From the NCBI RefSeq assembly GCF_006345805.1, contig NW_021832779.1:1-49311 (forward strand): DNA of 49,311 nt, in the 5' to 3' direction. This DNA comes from Octopus sinensis. Its lineage: Eukaryota. Both the position numbers and the translations under genes were made by a program. The notes beneath the pieces were generated by a model. The model made no database searches, had not been told where the DNA came from, and worked only from the letters and a program-made list of their open reading frames with translations. Below, one piece after another: positions 37,095-49,311 of the stretch (within the stretch, counting starts at the first letter, position 1; every line of letters starts with the position of its first letter).

Positions 37095-37433
37095 TCGGCA
37101 GCGCGGCGGCGGCATCGCAGAGGCGACAGCGCAGACGCGGCAGCGCAGACGCGGCAGCGTAGACGCGGCGACAGCGCAGCGGCGACAGCGCAGCGGCGAC
37201 AGCGCAGAGGCGACAGCGCAGAGGCGACAGCGCAGAGGCGACAGCGCAGAGGCGGCAGCGCAGACGCGGCAGCGCAGAGGCGGCAGCATAGAGGCGGCAG
37301 CGTAGAGGCGACAGCGCAGATGCGACAACGCAGCGGCGGCAGCGCAGAGGCGACAGCGCAGAGGCGGCATCGCAGCGGCGACAGCGCAGAGGAAACAGCG
37401 CAGCGGCGACAGCGCAGAGGTGGCAGCGCAGCG
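37095..37433. repeat. 14-bp GC-rich minisatellite (GCGRCAGCGCAGAG), ~23 units, inside (GCA/GCG)n
   Basis: Units in register from 37109 with one 17-bp variant at 37165. Confidence 0.9.
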
Positions 37434-37602
37434 GCGGTAGCGCCAGCGGCAGCGGCAGCGGCAGTAGCGCTAGCGGCAGCGGCAGCGGCAGCGGCGGAAT
37501 AATATCAATAATATCAGTAACAACAACAACAACAACATCAACAGCAACAACTAAACAACTTCGCTTTCAACTCCGTGTAATGCAATTTTTTTTATTGATC
37601 AG

Positions 37603-37673
37603 TGTCCGATGGATCGGCCATCAACTTATTTCATAGTGACGGTCGTTCAGCCACTTTCCAGAAGGTCAGAAGG
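37603..37673 (+). CDS. Candidate 71-nt exon (SDGSAINLFHSDGRSATFQKVRR)
   Basis: TTTTTTTTATTGATCAG| acceptor and AGG|GTAAGT donor; two frames open; no domain recognised. Confidence 0.3.
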
Positions 37674-37764
37674 GTAAGTTTATTTTAGCCCTGTCGAGGA
37701 TGGACCAGAAGTGCGACATGATAGACAACTTCTGAATCGTGGACACCGCTCGGTCTTTTGGAGA

Positions 37765-37801
<37 letters not shown>

Positions 37802-37924
37802 TACGTACATGCATACCTTCAAACATACGCAGTCTCACATATGTACATATACACACATACATGCATGGTGACATATATATATACACACATTCATATATTT
37901 GCCTTGCTGCATCTCTGAACTCAA

Positions 37925-38065
37925 CACGTTTTTCTTTTCTCTATATTTATTTCTTCCTAATCCTTTCTGTCGAAGAGCGTAGGCTCGAAACGTAAAAGAC
38001 TTTTCCATTTTCCCCAGCGTCAAACTAATACACTTGCTTGTAGCTTCTACGCCTGTCTTCATCTA
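37925..38065 (+). mobile_element. Short dispersed repeat with hammerhead-like motif (A6U variant)
   Basis: CTTT-CTGTCGA-A-GAGC-GTAG-GCTC-GAAA-C-GTA-AAAG at 37963-37998. Confidence 0.65.
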
Positions 38066-38308
38066 TTGTTTTCTGAAAATTTGAAATATATACATAAGTA
38101 AGCATGTATGTCTGCATGCATTAATACATGCAGACATACATGCACACGTTCATGTGTACGTACATACAACACACACATACATACATAGACCCATACATAA
38201 TACACACATACATACATACATACATACTTACATACATCAATACATACATACGTACATGCATGCATGCATATACACATACATATATATACACTCATACATT
38301 CATATATA

Positions 38309-38690
38309 GGGATAGAGAAGAGAAACTGTGTAAAGTTGTGGAAATTAGCCGCTCAGCGCATGTTAACACAAAGCTGAAGACCAGTGAAAAAGAGAACACC
38401 AATGCTGAACTAGTGAGAAATCTGCAGTTACTCTATCCAGAGTACAAGTTCAGGTTTATACCTGCATTTATTGGGACACTGGGATATGTAACACGCTGCC
38501 TAAATACCAATCTGGCTTTTCAAAACCAGAAAGGAGAAAGCTGATTCGATGACTAAAGATCCAATACATCACTAGCACTGTAAAAATCTGTAAAACTTTC
38601 CAGAAGTTTATCATTTAAATATATATATGAGTATGGCGATATGTAACAATATGCATGAGAATACATACATAAAATATACAAGTCTGCACA
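38309..38690 (+). mobile_element. 3' end of an RLE-type (R4/Dong-like) LINE: restriction-like endonuclease remnant plus 3'UTR
   Basis: DREEKLCKVVEIS...SEKENT...FIPAFIGTLG...ICKTFQKFII*; frameshift near 38515; stop at 38616-38618. Confidence 0.75.
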
Positions 38691-38798
38691 TACATACATA
38701 CATACATACATACATACATACATACATACATACATACATACATACATACAAACATACATACATACATACATAAATACATACATACATACATACATACA

Positions 38799-38831
<33 letters not shown>

Positions 38832-39101
38832 CTATCTATCTCTCTCTATATATATATAAACATCCTACGTACGTACATACAAACACACATACATACATGC
38901 ATACATACAAACATACATGCATGCATACATACATACATACATAAAAACATATATACAAACATACACACACCACATACAAACATGCAACATACACACACAC
39001 ATAATAAATACATACCTACATACATACATACATACATACATACATTCATAGACACACACACATTACATACATACATATATATCTATCTATCTATATATCT
39101 A

Positions 39102-39136
<35 letters not shown>

Positions 39137-39480
39137 ATCCTACGTACGTACATACAAACATACATACATGCATACATACATACATACATACATACATACA
39201 TACATACATACATACATACATGCATACATACATACATACATACATACATACATAATACAAACATACATACATACATACATACATACATACATACATACAC
39301 ACACATACATACATAATACATACATACATACATACATACACGCATACATACATACATACATACATACATACATACATACAAACATACATACATACACGCA
39401 TACATACATACATACATACACACATACATACATACATACATACATACATACATACATACATACATACATACATACACACA

Positions 39481-39514
<34 letters not shown>

Positions 39515-39730
39515 CATACATACATACATACATACATACATACATACATACATACATACATTCATACATATATACATACATACATACCTACATACATACA
39601 TACATACATACATATATACATACATACATACATACATACATACATACATACGTACGTACATACATACATACATACATATATACATACACACATACATACA
39701 TACATACACACACATACATACATACATACA

Positions 39731-39764
<34 letters not shown>

Positions 39765-39944
39765 CATACATACACACATACATACATACATACATACATA
39801 CGTACGTACATACATACATACATACATATATACATACACACATACATACATACATACACACACATACATACATACATACATACATACATACATACCTACA
39901 TACATACATACATACATACATACATACATACATACACACATACA

Positions 39945-39978
<34 letters not shown>

Positions 39979-40108
39979 CATACATACATACATACATACA
40001 TACATACATACACACATACATACATACATACATACATACATACATACATACACGCATACATACATACATACATACATACATACATACATACATACATACA
40101 CACATACA

Positions 40109-40142
<34 letters not shown>

Positions 40143-40337
40143 CATACACACATACACACATACATACATACATACATACATACATACATGCATACATACA
40201 TACATACATACATACACGCATACATACATACATACATACATACACGCATACATACATACATACATACATACATACATACATACATAGATACATACACACA
40301 TACATACATACATACATACATACATACATACACACAT

Positions 40338-40368
<31 letters not shown>

Positions 40369-40426
40369 TACATACATACATACACACACACATACATACA
40401 TATATATACATACATACATACATACA

Positions 40427-40460
<34 letters not shown>

Positions 40461-40486
40461 CATACACACATACATACATACATACA

Positions 40487-40520
<34 letters not shown>

Positions 40521-40530
40521 CATACATACA

Positions 40531-40562
<32 letters not shown>

Positions 40563-40588
40563 CATACATACATACATACACACATACA

Positions 40589-40622
<34 letters not shown>

Positions 40623-40821
40623 CATACGTACATACATACATACATACATACACACATAAATACATACATACACACATACATACATACATACACACACATA
40701 GATACATACATACATACATACATACATACATAAACACATACATACATACATACATACATACATACATACACACACATACATACATGCATACATACATACA
40801 TACATACATACATACATACAC

Positions 40822-40854
<33 letters not shown>

Positions 40855-40864
40855 CATACATACA

Positions 40865-40898
<34 letters not shown>

Positions 40899-41560
40899 CA
40901 TACAGACATACACACATACATACATACATACATACATACATACATGCATACATACATACATACATACATACACGCATACATACATACATACATACATACA
41001 CGCATACATACATACATACATACATACATACATACATACATACATACACACATACATACATACATACATACATACATACATACATACATACATACACACA
41101 TACATACATGCATGCATACATACATACATACATACATGCATACATACATACATACATGCATGCATACATACACACATACATACATACATACATACATACA
41201 TACATGCATACATACATACATACATACATACATACACGCATACATACATACATACATACACGCATACATAATACATACATACATACATCCATACATAACA
41301 TACATACATACATGCATGCATACATACATACATACTACATACACCATACATACATACATACATACATACATACACGCATACATACATACATACATACCTA
41401 CATACATACATACATACATACATACTACATACAACATACACACATACATACATACATACATACATACATACATACATACATACATACATACACACATACA
41501 TACATACATACATACATACATACACACATACATACATGCATGCATACATACATGCATACA

Positions 41561-41593
<33 letters not shown>

Positions 41594-42291
41594 CTATCTA
41601 TCTATCTATCTATATATATATATATAAACATCCTACGTACGTACATACAAACATACATACATGCATACATACATACATACATACATACATACATACATAC
41701 ATACATACACACATACACACATACATACATACATACATACATGCATACATACATACATACATACATACATACATACATACATACATACATACACACATAC
41801 ACACATACATACAGACATACATACACACATACATACATACATACATACATACATACATACATACATACATACATACACACATACATACATACATACATAC
41901 ATACATACATACATACACACATACATACATACATACATACATACATACATACATACATACACATACATACATACACATACATACATACATACATACATAC
42001 AACACAATACATATACATGCATACATACATAAAATACATACATACATACATACATAACATACATACATACATACATACATACCACATACACACATACATA
42101 CATACATGCATACATACATACATAACATACATACATACATACATACATACATACATACACACATACACACATAATACAGACATACATACACACATACATA
42201 CATACATACATACATACATACATACATACATACATACATACACACATACATACATACATACATACATACATACATACCACTACATACATAC

Positions 42292-42322
<31 letters not shown>

Positions 42323-42755
42323 CATACACACATACATACATACATACATACATACATACATACATACATACACACATACATATATACATGCATATATACA
42401 TGCATACATACATACATACATACATACATACATACATACATAATACACACATACATACATACATACATACATACATACATACATACACAACATACATAAT
42501 ACACACATACATACATACATGCATACATACATACATACATCATACATACATACATAATACAACACATAAGACATACATACTACATACATACATACATACA
42601 TACATGCATACATACATGCATACATATACATACATACATACATACATACATACATACATACATACATACAACAACATACACACATACATACATACATGCA
42701 TACATACATGCATACATACATACATACATACATACATACATACATACATACAACA

Positions 42756-42785
<30 letters not shown>
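38689..42785. repeat. ~4.1-kb (CATA)n array with internal duplications
   Basis: Direct reading; anchor AAACATCCTACGTACG at 38858, 39133, 41626. Confidence 0.95.
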
Positions 42786-42786
<1 letters not shown>

Positions 42787-43654
42787 GCAGAAACATAAAC
42801 ATTTCACACACCTTAAGATTGAAAGTAATTTGCTGATAACGTAAAAAATACATTCTTTTTATTCGGCTTTAAGCAGGAAGAGATAAAGAGAAAACTCAGC
42901 AATTACACAAATCTCTTCCTACCTTATTTAATTACGTTAATTATTTTTATTTGTGTAAATATATTTTCGCTGTAGTTTAGATCCTTTTTATATTCCCAGT
43001 TTGTCGAAATAGTTCATTAGCAATTGTCGCTAATGTAACTTCACATATATCTTGAAAGTTTTTGTTTGTTGTCCAGACACTGGAATTAAGTTGACGGTCC
43101 AAGCGGGCGATACACAATTCTTCATTCTTCATTCTTCTGAGTAAGTAAGTCAGGCACGACACGCAGTTAATTGGCAGCAATTGTTAGAGAGAGGAAGTTA
43201 CCGTCTGCACACACACGCAATCGTATTACCAACTAAACTAGACACACACACAAACATAGAGGTGCACTCCGCCATTCAGAGAGAATAAGAGAGTAAGGTT
43301 CATACAGACACCTACTGACACACACACACACACACGGGGAAAGCCACATTGTGACATGTTCATCCGATTCCTATGTCCCTCTTCTCCAGAAATCTTTCAT
43401 TGCCGCTCTGAGAATCCTTAACTCTATTTGCATCTTTGTCTTAGAAGCAAACTTGGTATGCGAAAATAAATACTTCAGTTTTACTTCTTGTGGTAACCAA
43501 TAAAACACGCGGCTTTTATTCCGATAATTCCTTTTGGCAGTTCCAATGGACATTTAACAATGAAGATTTGATCTTTCTCCTTCCCAAAAGACCATTTAAT
43601 CTTTCCTTAGCAATAGCTGGAGTCACTGAAAGATGGGATGGGTGGTGTACGCGT

Positions 43655-43675
43655 ATATATATATATATATGTATA

Positions 43676-43716
<41 letters not shown>

Positions 43717-43865
43717 GTACATATATATATGTACGTATATATATATACACACTCACATATATATATGTATGTATGTATGTATGTAATGTATGTAGGAATG
43801 TATGTATGTATGTATGTAATGTATGTATGTATGTATGTGTGTGTGTATGTATGTATGTATGTATG

Positions 43866-43896
<31 letters not shown>

Positions 43897-44089
43897 ATGT
43901 GTATATATGTATGTATGTATGCATGTATTTATGTATGTATGTATGTATGTATGTATGTATGTATGCATGCATGCATGTATGTATGTATGCATGTATGTAT
44001 GTATGTATGTATACATGTATGTATGTATGTATGTATGTATGTATGTATGTATGAATGTATGTATGTATGTATGTATGTATGTGTGTATG

Positions 44090-44123
<34 letters not shown>

Positions 44124-44407
44124 TACATGTATGTATGTATGTATGTATGTATGCATGCATGTATGTATGTATGCATGTATGTATGTATGTATGTATACAT
44201 GTATGTATGTATGTATGTGTGTGTATGTATGTATGTATGTATGTAGGTATGTATTATGTATGTATGTATGTATGCATGTATATATGTATGTATGTATGTA
44301 TGTATGTAGGTAGGTAGGTATGTATGTATGTATGTATGTATGTATGTATGTATGTATGTATGTATGTATGTATGTATGCATGTATGTATGCATGTGTGTA
44401 TGTATGT
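43655..44407. repeat. (TA)n then (TATG)n array
   Basis: Direct reading. Confidence 0.95.
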
Positions 44408-45012
44408 AGCTAAGCCTGCTCTCTTCACAAACGAATCAAGAAACTTTCCTGATCTAACATCAAGAGACAATAACTATTTGCTGTATGTTTTGCCTGTGTG
44501 GTTAAATACATTCGCCACTAAATAGCGTGGTTGTTAGATCGCGCCCACTATTCAGCGCTTTAGATAGGTGTATTCAGTAATTATTTAGAAATCGATAAAA
44601 TGAACTGCATCTGTTCTTGGCCAATATCTTTTCATTGATCTTTTAGTGTGTACCATTACCATTTTCTTTGTTCTTGGAAATCTTCTAGCGGAGCCCGCTT
44701 TGTTAACCCAGCTCCCAATTTAACCCTTCTACCATCACCACCTAGTCTTTCACTGTGTTTTGGTGGGGTCCAGCCCAAATCTATCATCGGGTTTATCACT
44801 ACCATTTGTCGTTACTCTTATTTGGTTCTTTGATCGACTCTAGCGCCGTTCCTTCTATTGATCCATCTCAAAGGTTTATCAGCCCTTCCACTGCCTTTCT
44901 TCCTAGATGTCCTCAAGCTGAGTTCAGATTTTTGTAAGCAATGAGAGTGCAAGCGCGTGACTCAGTGGATAGTGTCCTTCACTCATGATTGTAAGATGAT
45001 CGTTTCGATTCC

Positions 45013-45297
45013 CGTGTCGGTCGATATAGACAGCAGGACGGTGGCCACGGAAGTCGGAATCCGCTCAGGTGTGTGTAACAACTTACCTGCCGAATCGACC
45101 GGCCCCGAAAATGGATGGCGCTGGAGCGAGCGGCCGGGCGACAGGTTGCGCGATCGCCGCCGAGGTGACTTTCCGATGCCCGGTCGAGTAGGGGGGCGCC
45201 GCGGCGCTAGCATGGAAGCCGCGGGCGCGAGCCCGAGTGAAGCTGACCGCGGGTGCAGGTCTCGGTGGTAGTAGCAAATATTCGAACGAGACCTTCG
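45013..45297 (+). rRNA. Isolated 28S (LSU) rRNA fragment, pseudogenic
   Basis: Conserved LSU blocks GATATAGACAGCAGGACGGTGGCC, GAAAATGGATGGCGCT and GGTGGTAGTAGCAAATATTC; no flanking rDNA. Confidence 0.92.
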
Positions 45298-45304
45298 AAG
45301 CAAT

Positions 45305-45530
45305 AAGAGTGCAAGCGCGTGACTCAGTGGATAGTGTGATTCACTCATGATTGTAAGATGACCGTTTCGATTCCTGGACCGGGAACTTCTTTGTGTTCTT
45401 GAACAAAACTCTTCGTTTCACGTTGGTCCAGTTCACTCAACCGGATATGAGTAACTCTGCGATCGCCCTGGAGAATGTTGTTAACTCGGTCATAAAAAGG
45501 CCATAGAAGGCGAGTAACTGGGTCTATGAT
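45305..45530 (+). mobile_element. SINE family D (its head duplicated at 44936-45012)
   Basis: Colinear with the reverse complement of 20380-20623; B-box GTTTCGATTCC. Confidence 0.75.
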
Positions 45531-45564
45531 TCATTGGAATCGAAAAACTAACGTCTAGAAGTTA

Positions 45565-45838
45565 ACAATGGTGATGGCAATGATGATAGTGGCGATGATG
45601 ATGATGGTATTGATGATGGTGATGATTATGTTGATACTGATGATGTTGACGACGGTGATGATAATGATGAATACGATAATGATAATGATGATAATGATGA
45701 TAATGACGGTGACGATGATGATGATAATAGTGATGATGATGTTGTTGATGATGGTGATGATTATGTTGATGCTGATGATGTTGACGGCGGTGATGATAAT
45801 GATGACGATGATGATGATGATGATGACGACGACGATAA
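45565..45838. repeat. (GAT/GAC/GGT)n trinucleotide tract with an internal ~50-bp duplication
   Basis: Direct reading; source of the poly-M and poly-I ORFs. Confidence 0.9.
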
Positions 45839-46414
45839 GCATTAAGAATAAAACTTTTCCACTTCAGGTTGTCAACTACATTGCTGTTGGATGTTTTTGT
45901 TGCTGATGTTGGGTGAGTGTGTGTGTGTGGGGGGGATGGGGTTGCATTAGCTCAATCCTTCTCACAGAGATTTGTGATCAAAGACATAATGACCATCACG
46001 TCATACTTAGTCCCATGCGTGGATTTACTTTTCCAGTGAGTTATATCTTTTGAATTGATAGGGCTATGATCTTCGGTAAAATTTGGTTGCTATTTCTAGC
46101 CGACACACACACACACTCTCATATATCGACAAAAACACACACACACACACACGCATATATACTCACATACCACATACACACATACACATACATTCACATA
46201 CACACCCTCTCTCACACACACCATACACACACCAAGTCAGCTCATAAAAATACTTTTTGCGCATGTCTAAAATTCCCGTCAGCCCATTGAGCTCCCCTAC
46301 TCTCCTCTGTTCAGAAACCACATATCCTTCCATTCCCTTTGCTCATCTTATAACTAAGATATCAACAACCAACAGTTCACGGAATCATTTTTCTTTGTTT
46401 TACTTTTCGTTCTT

Positions 46415-46505
46415 CACTCTTTCTCTCTCTCTCTTCTCTCTCTCTCTCTCTCTCTCTTCATCTCTTTCTCTCTCTCTTCTCTCCTCTCTCTCTCTCTTCT
46501 CTCTT

Positions 46506-46557
<52 letters not shown>

Positions 46558-46562
46558 TTTCT
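46415..46562. repeat. (CT)n polypyrimidine tract
   Basis: Direct reading. Confidence 0.95.
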
Positions 46563-46610
46563 CTTATTTATCTTTACAAAGGCTTCTGCTTCAGATATCG
46601 ATTTTTTAAA

Positions 46611-46892
46611 TCTATTCACATATATAACTCTTATTATAAAAGGCAGATTTTATCTGCCTCCCTTTGTCAGTTATAGAAATTACAATATAGGATTTCTTCA
46701 ATTACATTTACCTAGCATTTTTAAGAGTAGAATGCATCGGGTTTTGCCAGGTCCAGTTTTTTAAATTTAAACTCCAATTAAGCAAAATTACAGAAAACTC
46801 ACATTCTGGTGTGTATGTCAAATGCTTTTCTTAGTCTGGTTTGCAGCACACGCAAACGCACACACCAGTGTGCAACGAAAAAGTGAAACTAG
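46611..46892 (+). mobile_element. Possible non-autonomous Helitron
   Basis: A|TC start, hairpin GCACAC-ACCA-GTGTGC (46858-46873), CTAG end, but followed by A rather than T. Confidence 0.35.
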
Positions 46893-47067
46893 ATGTAATA
46901 TTTGTTTCTGTCTATCACGCTGATAGATACATGAGTAAAATGTATGAAGCTAAGATAAGGGTGAGTGAAAATGTTCTTGGAAGAGAGTAAATAGCGACAA
47001 AGTGATTTGAGGAAGACTAAACTGAAAGTATGAAACAGTGTTTATGTATAAACAGACGACACTTATA

Positions 47068-47390
47068 TAAACCTTTCGTTACCAACCGCCCGAATTTACC
47101 TATTCATATTAAATGAAAATATCAGAGTAATCTCTTTATACATTCGTGAAAACACGTATTATACTTCGTAAACACTTCAAATACAGTTTTGTACAAAAAT
47201 CGAAGTGTAATTTTAATTCCGTGAATTATGGGAGATTTTTTCCCCGAAATTTTTTCCTATTGTGTTTTCAAAATTTGTAATTCTGACAAAATGGATACGA
47301 ATTTCATTATATCAAGCAGCGAGTCAGAATTCGAAGGATTTTCTACTGAAGACCTTCATAAATCTAACTCTATGACTGAAAAAAAAAGCA
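47068..47390 (+). mobile_element. piggyBac-type left end with a possible transposase N-terminal stub
   Basis: TAAA-CCTTTCGTTACC similar to the 15623 MITE end; acidic MDTNFIISSSESEFEGFSTEDL; truncated by a Helitron. Confidence 0.5.
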
Positions 47391-47767
47391 TCTTTTATAA
47401 GAGTGAAGTTGTGTGTCTGTCTCCTACGATTTAGATTCGTAACTACTCCCACATTTTGCGGTGCAGTTTAACTAACCGCGGTATCTTATAGTCGTGATTC
47501 ATATCGAGCCCTTCTGGGTATTAGCAGCGCGCGTCTACGATGAGTCTACGATTTAAAAAAAATTTACCATCATATTTTTCCATTTTTAATGCATTTTTTC
47601 GTAACTCTCTAAAAATATCTACGATGTGTCAACGATTTTAAAAAAATTTACCTTAATTTTTTTCAATTTTTAATGCATTTTTTTGCTATTTTTTGGCTAT
47701 AACTCTCTAAAAATGCTTATATAATTATTTCCCTTACAACCCGAGCAACGCCGGGCGATACTGCTAG
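47391..47767 (+). mobile_element. Non-autonomous Helitron (same family as 29729)
   Basis: A|TC start, CCCG-AGCAACGC-CGGG hairpin, CTAG|T end. Confidence 0.85.
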
Positions 47768-48124
47768 TTTATATATAAACGGCAAAATGTCTGTGTGTGT
47801 GTCCTTTATACAAATCCACAATTTTTCAGTTAGAGGGCTTGCACTTTCTATTGTTATTCAAAACCGTCCAAGGGTGGTCGTGCACCTCTTTACATTTCTC
47901 CAGTCACCCAACAAAGCCATTAAAAAAAATCAATAGAAGTGACTTTTTGTGAATTTTCTATCCAAAACCCAATCAAAATGCCCGAAACTTGTTACGCCAA
48001 TTGAATGCCAGCTAGCTGTATGTGATTGGAGATTTGGACAGTACTTGTGTGTATGTGCGCATGCATGCAGCTGTAAATGCATGCACTAGCGCTATGACGC
48101 AGCATTGCCGGGTCATAGTGCTAG
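47768..48124 (+). mobile_element. Second Helitron-like element abutting the first
   Basis: TTTATATATAAA 5' motif as in the 29729 family; hairpin ATGAC...GTCAT then CTAG. Confidence 0.55.
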
Positions 48125-48374
48125 AAGGGGGGGCACAGCTCCCTAAATGGGCAAGGGCCAAAATTTGACCCGTTCCCCCTACCTCAGAACCTTTCCCATG
48201 TAATGCCAGATTTGGTACAGATTGATCCTGCGGTTTGGCTGCACATAGAGGAAACTACACACACAAACACACACACAAACAAACACACTCACAGACACAT
48301 ATATACACACACAAACACACATAAGCACACATACACTCAGACGCACAACACACAGTGAATTTTATAGATATAGA
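48125..48374 (-). mobile_element. 5' part of a Helitron/Helentron-like element with internal (CA)n
   Basis: Minus strand starts A|TCTATATCTATAAAA then a (GT)-rich tract. Confidence 0.4.
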
Positions 48375-48805
48375 TATATTATTACTTCTTTTTATATTTC
48401 TTTCATATTGTTGATTCACAATGTATTTCCGCCAAACTAGATTCGGGGCCGGAAATTTATTAAAAACCCCCATTTTTTTTTTAAATTTGAGCTGATGGAT
48501 TTTCCTGCAGATCCGTTATTGTTTCGTGGTATTTCATTTCAAAGCAAACCTTTAAATGGTCATCAATTCTCATAGAAATAAAAACGAATTCTCTCGAATA
48601 TCTTGCCCTTCTAACTTAAAAAATATACTTTTGGCAATAATAATCATGGATATATATATATATATATATATAAAACAAGATTGGATGGTCACGACTGGAG
48701 TGCTTTGATCATTGATGATGTCTGTTTGTTAGAATTGATCTGGTGCTACATAATAACAATAACAAAATTGTAGATGGTTATTACAATATCTTTAAAATCA
48801 TTCAT

Positions 48806-48960
48806 GTAGGAGTGGCTGCGTGGTAAGTAGCTTGCTTACGAATCCGCATGGTTCAGGGTTCAATCCCACTGCGTGGCACCTTGGGCAATTGTCTTCTACT
48901 ATAGCCCGCGGCCGACCAAGGCTTGTGAGTGGATCTCGTAGATTTGAAAGAAGCCCGTCG
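48806..48960 (+). mobile_element. CORE-like SINE family B, 5' part
   Basis: B-box GGTTCAATCCC; CACCTTGGGCAATTGTCTTCTACTATAGCC. Confidence 0.8.
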
Positions 48961-49043
48961 TATATATGTGTATATATATATATGTGTGTATAATATATAT
49001 AATATATATATATAATAAATATATATAATATATATATATATAT

Positions 49044-49098
<55 letters not shown>

Positions 49099-49115
49099 TA
49101 CATACATACATATAT

Positions 49116-49218
49116 GCAGCGGGGTGGCGTCATTCGAAGACCAAAATAATGCGAACGCATTGTGACCAGCGATGTGTAACTACATCTGATGGACTGGTCG
49201 GTCACGTGATCACGTGAT
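49116..49218. repeat. Second copy of the (TA)n-embedded hairpin repeat
   Basis: GGCGTCATT...GCATTGTGACCAGCGATGTGTA...ACATCTGAT...GGTCAC. Confidence 0.65.
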
Positions 49219-49311
49219 AATATATATATTTATATATATATAAAATTGCAGTTTGGAAGGTGTTCATAGCCATTTAAGAAACACACAAAAACCGTTAGAT
49301 TCACTTCAACA

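Noticed and set aside
36831-37502. 223-aa Ala/Arg/Gln-rich ORF
   Set aside because: Explained by trinucleotide tracts and the 14-bp minisatellite; no ATG start or splice context
44690-44900. Possible decayed RTE ORF2 C-terminus on the minus strand
   Set aside because: Only scattered residues (LRW, WTP, KTRW) across different frames; too weak
45568-45906. Poly-Met and poly-Ile ORFs
   Set aside because: (GAT)n microsatellite artefacts

Overview
AT-rich, microsatellite-dense metazoan DNA that I infer is octopus, from the tRNA-derived SINE families, the very long (CATA/TATG)n arrays and the LINE types. No intact protein-coding gene is recognisable. Most entries in the ORF track are translations of simple repeats; only a few weak exon candidates exist. 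The window holds several SINE families (many nested or with clear TSDs), decayed LINEs (R4/Dong-like RLE, L1/Tx1, RTE-derived non-autonomous), non-autonomous Helitrons, piggyBac-type ends, a Gypsy remnant and multi-kb tetranucleotide arrays. Five signals stand out. (1) About ten hammerhead-ribozyme-like motifs of the minimal type I kind associated with Penelope-like elements, with three divergent inverted-repeat pairs clustered at 32.0-33.7 kb. (2) A ~285-bp 28S rRNA fragment inserted in a SINE head and flanked by a 77-bp duplication. (3) An RTE-like element flanked by a 128-bp duplication. (4) The commonest SINE shares its 3' tail with the L1/Tx1 LINE in the same window. (5) Two SINE-into-SINE insertions at the same nucleotide. 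All coordinates and folds were read by eye.
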